From: a virus
Taxonomy: Duplodnaviria > Caudoviricetes
Length of the DNA stretch: 43,199 nucleotides
Strand: one strand, 5' to 3'
IMG/VR virus record: IMGVR_UViG_3300022936_000013
Coordinates: 1-43,199 of that record
In this document: positions 37,848 to 43,199 of the stretch, one piece after another
Layout: each line of letters starts with the position of its first letter
How positions within the stretch are numbered: position 1 is the first letter of the stretch
Notes under the pieces: model-generated
Databases searched by the model: none
Told to the model about the DNA's origin: nothing
Seen by the model: only the letters and a program-made list of their open reading frames with translations
Made by a program: the position numbers and the translations under genes

Positions 37848-38643
37848 TGATTTTTTCGTATGTGCTACCTTTGCAAAACCTTAGATGTGCGTTGATGCTG
37901 TTTTGTGTCGGAAAATCGCTTCTACCGCAACTACATTTAAAACCGTACCTTTCCCCCTCTGCTAATACGACCTCTGCTCTTGCTTCATCTGTGAACGCTT
38001 CTGACCTATCTTTCTTTGTGTATTTCCTTTTCTCGTATACCAATTCATTAACTACTCTTTGTTTTATTGTTTCTTCATCAAATGCCATTGACAAACATAT
38101 TGCTGCTGAAAGGATTAATACTATATTGAAAAATAGAAAACCGTTCTTTCCTTGATCGTTGATTGCCTTCATTTCTGCCGACCTTACTTGCTCTATATTG
38201 TTCTTGTATAAAATAAACTCGCTGCTATCCTGTGTAATCTTTGCTTTTAATCGCTGTTTTTCTAATCTGTAATCCCAACCGTTTTTTATTTCCTTTACTT
38301 GATCTGTTCCTGCCTTGCTTTCTTTGAATTTCTCAAACTGGCTCAACTTCATATTGCTTTGCCTTAAATCTGCTATACCAGAATGTGCCAAATAAACAAC
38401 TGTACACCATATCCCCGCAAATAAGAAGAAAATTATGTTTCCGTAAATTGTACTTGATCTGTAATTCTTTTCTACTATTCTTTCATAGATCATTTTTAGC
38501 GGGATTGATAACATTGCAAATCCGATGCTGTAAACGATTGCCATTGCACCAACTAGATTGATTTGTATCGCTGTTTGATACCCTAGTATTGCCTCTGTGA
38601 TTGTTAATAACAACCATGCTGATAAATAAATAAATTTCTTCAT
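37831..38643 (-). CDS. Multi-pass membrane protein with C-terminal zinc finger
   Basis: About 4 hydrophobic segments; CSCG...F...INAHLRFC. Confidence 0.75.
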   Translation of the reverse strand: MKKFIYLSAWLLLTITEAILGYQTAIQINLVGAMAIVYSIGFAMLSIPLKMIYERIVEKNYRSSTIYGNIIFFLFAGIWCTVVYLAHSGIADLRQSNMKLSQFEKFKESKAGTDQVKEIKNGWDYRLEKQRLKAKITQDSSEFILYKNNIEQVRSAEMKAINDQGKNGFLFFNIVLILSAAICLSMAFDEETIKQRVVNELVYEKRKYTKKDRSEAFTDEARAEVVLAEGERYGFKCSCGRSDFPTQNSINAHLRFCKGSTYEKIIVKDE

Positions 38644-38651
38644 ACTGTTGT

Positions 38652-39056
38652 TTAAGATAAAAAATGATTATCATCTACTATTGCTTTCGCAAACGGCCAA
38701 CTGCATATTTTTGTACATATCATTAAATCATGCTTTTTTGCCATTTCAACAACTGCATTTTCCATTACTCTTGCTTCATCAATATGACAGTGTGAAGCAA
38801 ATCCATTCATGGGTAATCTACTTTGAATGTCTACTCTATCTGTTACGATTGCACAACAATTATATTCATTTTCTTGCCCAAATGTAACATTGCAATATTG
38901 AACTTTAAAAATCACTTCAAATCTTCTGCAATTTGTTTTGACTTCAATTTCTTCTATTATGTCCTTAATTGGGAATGTGTCTGTAAATCCTATCCGTAAC
39001 GGTTCTTTTAGATATTTATCGTAATTATCCTGTATGTTTCCGATCCACTTTTTCAT
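38652..39056 (-). CDS. Hypothetical protein
   Basis: Start MKKWIG; the track's TTG start lies inside a hairpin. Confidence 0.7.
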   Translation of the reverse strand: MKKWIGNIQDNYDKYLKEPLRIGFTDTFPIKDIIEEIEVKTNCRRFEVIFKVQYCNVTFGQENEYNCCAIVTDRVDIQSRLPMNGFASHCHIDEARVMENAVVEMAKKHDLMICTKICSWPFAKAIVDDNHFLS

Positions 39057-39060
39057 GTTT

Positions 39061-39093
39061 GAAAGAAAGTTAAAGCCCGCCAATAGACGGGCT
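39061..39093 (-). terminator. Hairpin, probable terminator/attenuator
   Basis: AGCCCGTC-TATT-GGCGGGCT followed by TTAACTTTCTTTC. Confidence 0.6.
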
Positions 39094-39103
39094 ATGTTAG
39101 GAT

Positions 39104-39148
39104 TTAGTTTAAATATAGATTTGAAACGGAAGTAGTCGAATGTGCCAT
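39104..39148 (-). CDS. Putative 14-aa peptide MAHSTTSVSNLYLN
   Basis: First ATG after a consensus promoter, with an A-rich start context; ends just before the hairpin. Confidence 0.45.
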   Translation of the reverse strand: MAHSTTSVSNLYLN

Positions 39149-39180
39149 GATTGATTTTTGTTTAATTATGATTGATTAAT

Positions 39181-39240
39181 TTGATAGGACAAATTTAAGA
39201 CACTTTATATTCCTGTACAAGCATTATTTGAAATATTTTT
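39181..39240 (-). promoter_or_regulatory. Consensus early promoter
   Basis: GCTTG-N20-TAAATTTG-TCCTATCAA. Confidence 0.85.
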
Positions 39241-39243
39241 TAT

Positions 39244-39774
39244 TTAATTTCTAACTACCTGTCTTTTTAACTTTGATAAACTCCAAAACCTTTTTCTTTT
39301 CGGTGGCTCACTGCTGCAAATAAACAAATAAGAAGAAACTATAAAGACAATATTATTCAACAACCTTGTATATGTGATCTCTATCATATCACTGTCTAAT
39401 TGCATATTAATTATCATATAAACCTTTATAAATACTGTCGTGAAGATTAAAAGATTGCATATTATTCTAATAATGTATCCATGTAAAGGCTCATTTAATC
39501 TATCCCCTCTTTCTACCTTTTCAAATTCACCATTAAAATCATATTCTATTTTTAGAAAATATATAACGAATAATGAAACCTCTGTGAATAATAGAATATA
39601 TAAATAAACATTTTTTTTAGATAACCATGCATATAAACAAGATGTCCCTAATAACAATACAGATAGAAAGATTTTCTGAAACTTTAAAGATATACGCAAA
39701 AACAAAATTAAAAAGTCCGATATGCCTTGAACCGTTTTAAATAAAAATATATCCAATTTTGCTATAATATTCAT
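39244..39774 (-). CDS. Membrane protein
   Basis: About 4 TM segments, basic C-terminus, very AT-rich. Confidence 0.7.
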   Translation of the reverse strand: MNIIAKLDIFLFKTVQGISDFLILFLRISLKFQKIFLSVLLLGTSCLYAWLSKKNVYLYILLFTEVSLFVIYFLKIEYDFNGEFEKVERGDRLNEPLHGYIIRIICNLLIFTTVFIKVYMIINMQLDSDMIEITYTRLLNNIVFIVSSYLFICSSEPPKRKRFWSLSKLKRQVVRN

Positions 39775-39792
39775 TTTCTTGATTTTTAGAAA

Positions 39793-40404
39793 TTAACTGA
39801 ATCTCGTTTTTGCCTTCTCTACTTTCCTGATCCCTTCTATCTTTATTCCTTGTTTTAAATCGGCTAATACTTTCTCCTGATCTATCATAAAATACTTTTC
39901 TGGAATCTTTGCAAAATCTTCTATCTCGTATGAAATAGATATGTTTAATCCTTTTATTTCTGATGTTGGAATGCCATCACTAGGGGCAGGCAATGGAAGA
40001 TATGTTGTGTCTAATCTACTAACTTCGCCTTTAGGAAAATTCACGCTCTCAAACGCTTTTTGTGCGTTTTTCTGCCTTGTTTGTTCTACTTCTAATTGCC
40101 AGTTATCATAATCGTTGATGCTCTTTTCTGCTTTCTCCAATACCTTTGCCAACGGCTCCAAAATCCTTTTTTCTAATTCCGTGTACTTTTTCTTTTCTGC
40201 ATCTATTACCCTTGTAACTTTCAAACGTTCTTCTCCTACACGTTTGACAAAACGCCTTGCTGCTGTTACTCTCTCGTAAACCTTTGTACGATCTTGTATG
40301 CTTTTGATCTCTTCTATTTGTGGAATAGAATTAACATACTCTCTTACTTCTATATCTAACTCTTTCTTTGTAGTTATTTCCCCTACTTTTAATTTGATCT
40401 CCAT
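39793..40404 (-). CDS. Coiled-coil phage protein (Gp157/DUF1351-like)
   Basis: ERLKVTRVIDAEKK; C-terminal KIPEKYF...IEGIR. Confidence 0.6.
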   Translation of the reverse strand: MEIKLKVGEITTKKELDIEVREYVNSIPQIEEIKSIQDRTKVYERVTAARRFVKRVGEERLKVTRVIDAEKKKYTELEKRILEPLAKVLEKAEKSINDYDNWQLEVEQTRQKNAQKAFESVNFPKGEVSRLDTTYLPLPAPSDGIPTSEIKGLNISISYEIEDFAKIPEKYFMIDQEKVLADLKQGIKIEGIRKVEKAKTRFS

Positions 40405-40430
40405 TTGATTTATTTGTTTAGATTGTTTAA

Positions 40431-40715
40431 TTAATCATTTTTATCTAACCACCTTTCTAACTCTGTCCTGTCTAAAATATCATCTTCGATTTTCCACCCC
40501 TTTAAATTGTGTTCTTTTTTAAGGTCCCTAATGAACTTGTGTGCCTCGTTTGTATATTCAAAATCTTTATGCCCTCCCAACTGTAATAATTTTTCTAAAT
40601 CCTCTTTACTCCAATTAAACAAACCTTGTGGATATCCGTCCATATTGCTAATATAAATCAACTTTTGAGGAACAACCAACCATACTGATACTTCATTGTC
40701 TTGTAAATCTTCCAT
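40431..40715 (-). CDS. Hypothetical protein
   Basis: Likely start MEDLQD. Confidence 0.65.
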   Translation of the reverse strand: MEDLQDNEVSVWLVVPQKLIYISNMDGYPQGLFNWSKEDLEKLLQLGGHKDFEYTNEAHKFIRDLKKEHNLKGWKIEDDILDRTELERWLDKND

Positions 40716-40737
40716 GAATTTATTTTTTAAATTGTTA

Positions 40738-41049
40738 TTAATTATTTTCCTTGTCGAAAAGTTTATCATCTGCATTAGTTATGCAGTTTCCGCAAACATG
40801 GTTAATCCTTTTTCTGCCCTCTAAATAGATGCCTTCTCCCCAACTATCATAAATTCTTAAACATCTGTCGCACATTTCAAAATTATCGGGAATTATTCTT
40901 AAATGCTCCTGCAAATACCAAATAATTGTAAATGCAACCTTTTTACCAACCTTTGGGGGTCGCCCTACTTGCATTCCTTCGGGCTGTTCTCCACTAGATA
41001 GAAAATTATGAAATTCTTCTACCTGTTCTACTGTTAATTCTTTTTCCAT
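40738..41049 (-). CDS. Hypothetical zinc-binding protein
   Basis: IIWYLQE...CDRC...CGNC. Confidence 0.7.
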   Translation of the reverse strand: MEKELTVEQVEEFHNFLSSGEQPEGMQVGRPPKVGKKVAFTIIWYLQEHLRIIPDNFEMCDRCLRIYDSWGEGIYLEGRKRINHVCGNCITNADDKLFDKENN

Positions 41050-41356
41050 TGTTTTGCATTTGTTTTCTGTGAAAATATCTTTCTGTTAATATAATGCCTC
41101 TTCTGATCCAATACAGAATGTCAGACCAAACGTAACTCATAAATGATAAATACGTAATGAATGATAGATATGTATTTAGGAACGGGACTAAAGAAATGAT
41201 AGACCAAAAAACATAAAAGTTGACGGGTGTCGCCTCCTCTAATTCCTGTTTCATCGTTTTATCAGCACTCCTAAATTTAATGCCTACTAAAAACATTAAT
41301 ATAACAGAACCTAATAAACTGATTTTGTAAATGTTGAATGCTATTTGCCAGATCAT
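41006..41356 (-). CDS. Small membrane protein
   Basis: Hydrophobic segments; VPFLN motif. Confidence 0.65.
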   Translation of the reverse strand: MIWQIAFNIYKISLLGSVILMFLVGIKFRSADKTMKQELEEATPVNFYVFWSIISLVPFLNTYLSFITYLSFMSYVWSDILYWIRRGIILTERYFHRKQMQNNGKRINSRTGRRIS

Positions 41357-41371
41357 AATTTTATTGATTTA

Positions 41372-41695
41372 TTATTTTATTAATTCTAATTCATATTGAG
41401 AAATACTACAAAGATGATCTCTTTTTATATCTAATTCGTATCCATTTTTTAGATACATTTCTAATTGTTGCATAGAATAGAAACTATAAAAACAACCCCA
41501 AATATTTTGATCCTCAACGTGACGGAACAAAATGTTTAAACTTGCTGCCCCTGCCGCTAAAAGATCATAACTATATCTAGTGCTTTGAATTTTAAAAACT
41601 TCAAATTCTTTTATACCTAATCTTTTAAATTCTGAATTAATCCAGTCAATTAGCTTTTTGCCTGTTACTCTGCCTTTAAAAACCTGCTTTTCCAT
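41372..41695 (-). CDS. Hypothetical protein
   Basis: 107-aa ORF. Confidence 0.7.
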   Translation of the reverse strand: MEKQVFKGRVTGKKLIDWINSEFKRLGIKEFEVFKIQSTRYSYDLLAAGAASLNILFRHVEDQNIWGCFYSFYSMQQLEMYLKNGYELDIKRDHLCSISQYELELIK

Positions 41696-41699
41696 ATTT

Positions 41700-42590
41700 T
41701 TAATTTGGCTTTATGTTCATTGCTTCAAAATTCTTTCTCCTGACCTCTTCACGCCTCTTTTTCTCCTCCTCTGTATCTTCTTCTACTAAATCTACCGTTC
41801 TTACTGCTACGCTTGTTTGTACGTTGTTTTGGGTTAATTCTTTTAGTTTTTCTGGATTAGATAAACACCATTTGATTGCATTGAATAATTGCCTTTCCCC
41901 GTCCTGCATTGTATCCACACAATATTTTAGAAAAAAGGGCTTTACAATCGCTTTTATTCTTGCTTCTGTATAATTCCTTTGCAATGCATAATATTTCTCG
42001 CTGTGCGTCTCTTTTAGATACTCTATAAAATCGGATTCTGCAACTATCTCTTTGTTCTCTATACCATATTGAACTATGATGTAATTTTGTTTGCTGTAAT
42101 CTGTGTTTTTATAAATTTTGAAAGAATCAGATATATTATTATTCTTTTTAATTATACTATTATTATTATCGTCTTGATGGCTGTCCATAGGGGGTCTTGA
42201 TGGCTGTCCATACCCCTCTTGATGGCTGTCCGTAGGTGTTGATGATTGTCCGACCCCTGACGAAAACATTAGATATGCTCTTTTGCCTAATCTGAAATAC
42301 GTTCTATTCAATACTTGATTGTTTGGATTGATCTCAATTAGACCGAACTTTGATAGATCATTAATTACCTTTCTTAACCAATCGCTTTTGTACTTAATCA
42401 TTGGCAATTGTGATAATATCAATTTGTAATCTACCCAAATCCATTCTATGCCTTCTTCGTTCAATTTTTGAACCTTTGGGAATGTTGTAAATATCTTATG
42501 CATTGCATCAAATACTACTGCATGATAGATGTCCATGCTCCAACCATTATCTACTATGGCTTTTTGATTTATGTTTAAGTTATATATCAT
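41700..42590 (-). CDS. Replication initiator (N-terminal winged helix, lambda O-like organisation)
   Basis: YNLNINQ...WVDY..IL..LP...L.KFGLI wHTH; repeat-encoded low-complexity linker. Confidence 0.75.
   Translation of the reverse strand: MIYNLNINQKAIVDNGWSMDIYHAVVFDAMHKIFTTFPKVQKLNEEGIEWIWVDYKLILSQLPMIKYKSDWLRKVINDLSKFGLIEINPNNQVLNRTYFRLGKRAYLMFSSGVGQSSTPTDSHQEGYGQPSRPPMDSHQDDNNNSIIKKNNNISDSFKIYKNTDYSKQNYIIVQYGIENKEIVAESDFIEYLKETHSEKYYALQRNYTEARIKAIVKPFFLKYCVDTMQDGERQLFNAIKWCLSNPEKLKELTQNNVQTSVAVRTVDLVEEDTEEEKKRREEVRRKNFEAMNIKPN
42172..42253. repeat. Iterons of the probable replication origin
   Basis: TCTTGATGGCTGTCC(A/G)TA at 42172, 42195 and 42217, a degenerate copy at 42237, and an adjacent AT-rich tract at about 42130-42170. 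Confidence 0.85.
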
Positions 42591-43098
42591 ATAAATCTGA
42601 TTCTTTTAAATTAAAATGTTTCAATATTGCCTCGCTTACTAAAAACCACTCTGATTTTACCCTATACTCTTCAAACAAACTATGTAAATTCTTTTCGTTC
42701 CACCCCAAACCCTCATATACTGCTACTATTTTCAATATGCCTGATGTAGATATTTGCAACTGTTTTAATCTCTTTTCTGGATTTTTAGATTTACCTATTT
42801 TTATGTGTTTTAATTGTGGATTAAAAATCAAATACAAACTTGTATTATCTTCTTTTTTAATCTTTTCTTTTGGCTCACGTGTTCTATTATACTCCTCTGC
42901 TGCCTCTTCATGTACTCTACAATTAGCCTTTCTTACAAATTCGTCATCAATTTTATACTCTGCGTAAAAATCTAAAGTACAATCAATCAATGATTTTAAT
43001 TCATACAAATCAGAAGGTTTTATATAAAGCCTTTCCCAACCATTGTGTAATCTTATTATCTCATTGTATTTCTCTAAATGTCCTCCTTGAAGTATCAT
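42580..43098 (-). CDS. GIY-YIG (T5orf172/MUG113-like) domain protein
   Basis: LYLI...IKIGKSKNPEKRLKQLQ...EKNLH..F...R..SEWF; start MILQGG after the terminator. Confidence 0.8.
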   Translation of the reverse strand: MILQGGHLEKYNEIIRLHNGWERLYIKPSDLYELKSLIDCTLDFYAEYKIDDEFVRKANCRVHEEAAEEYNRTREPKEKIKKEDNTSLYLIFNPQLKHIKIGKSKNPEKRLKQLQISTSGILKIVAVYEGLGWNEKNLHSLFEEYRVKSEWFLVSEAILKHFNLKESDLYDI

Positions 43099-43109
43099 TG
43101 TCTTAAAAT

Positions 43110-43198
43110 AAAAAAAGCCCGCAAGGTAGTAGCTTACGGGCGGTTGATTCATGCACAGAGCGGAATCAAGAGTAAATGTGTCTTTCAGGCTACTACCT
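43110..43198 (-). promoter_or_regulatory. Attenuator-like leader of the replication operon
   Basis: Terminator GCCCGTAAG-CTACTAC-CTTGCGGGC-T7; its loop region is complementary to upstream AGGTAGTAGC; an intervening hairpin separates them. Confidence 0.65.
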
Positions 43199-43199
43199 C

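Noticed and set aside
42172-42253. Direct repeats as a mini CRISPR array
   Set aside because: Spacers are only 2-5 nt and the repeats lie in-gene beside an AT-rich tract; this fits iterons.

Overview
AT-rich, densely coding 43-kb segment of a tailed dsDNA phage or prophage, siphovirus-like. The host is very probably Bacteroidota: TTG-N20-TAnnTTTG promoters recur and start regions are A-rich without Shine-Dalgarno sites. Almost every gene is on the minus strand. In transcription order (right to left) the window holds: a replication initiator with internal iterons; early genes (NinB, Cro-like HTH, DnaB, SEC-C and Rieske-motif proteins, NinG, a Topo VI-A-like protein, a PD-(D/E)XK exonuclease, a probable SSB); a ParB-like plus TET-associated-type glycosyltransferase pair; many small hypotheticals; then terS, terL, portal, head morphogenesis, scaffold, major capsid, neck genes, tail chaperone, tape measure and a truncated tail gene. 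No integrase, endolysin or CRISPR array is recognisable. The most unusual signal is a ~320-nt structured non-coding locus (29552-29870). It ends in a 149-nt tRNA-like RNA with intact acceptor, D and T arms but greatly expanded anticodon and variable arms and no canonical anticodon loop. Other notable items are a probable -1 frameshift in the tail chaperone, a frameshifted plus-strand WYL-like insertion, promoter-terminator mini-transcripts and an attenuator-like switch upstream of the replication operon. All family assignments come from motif recognition by eye, not from database searches.
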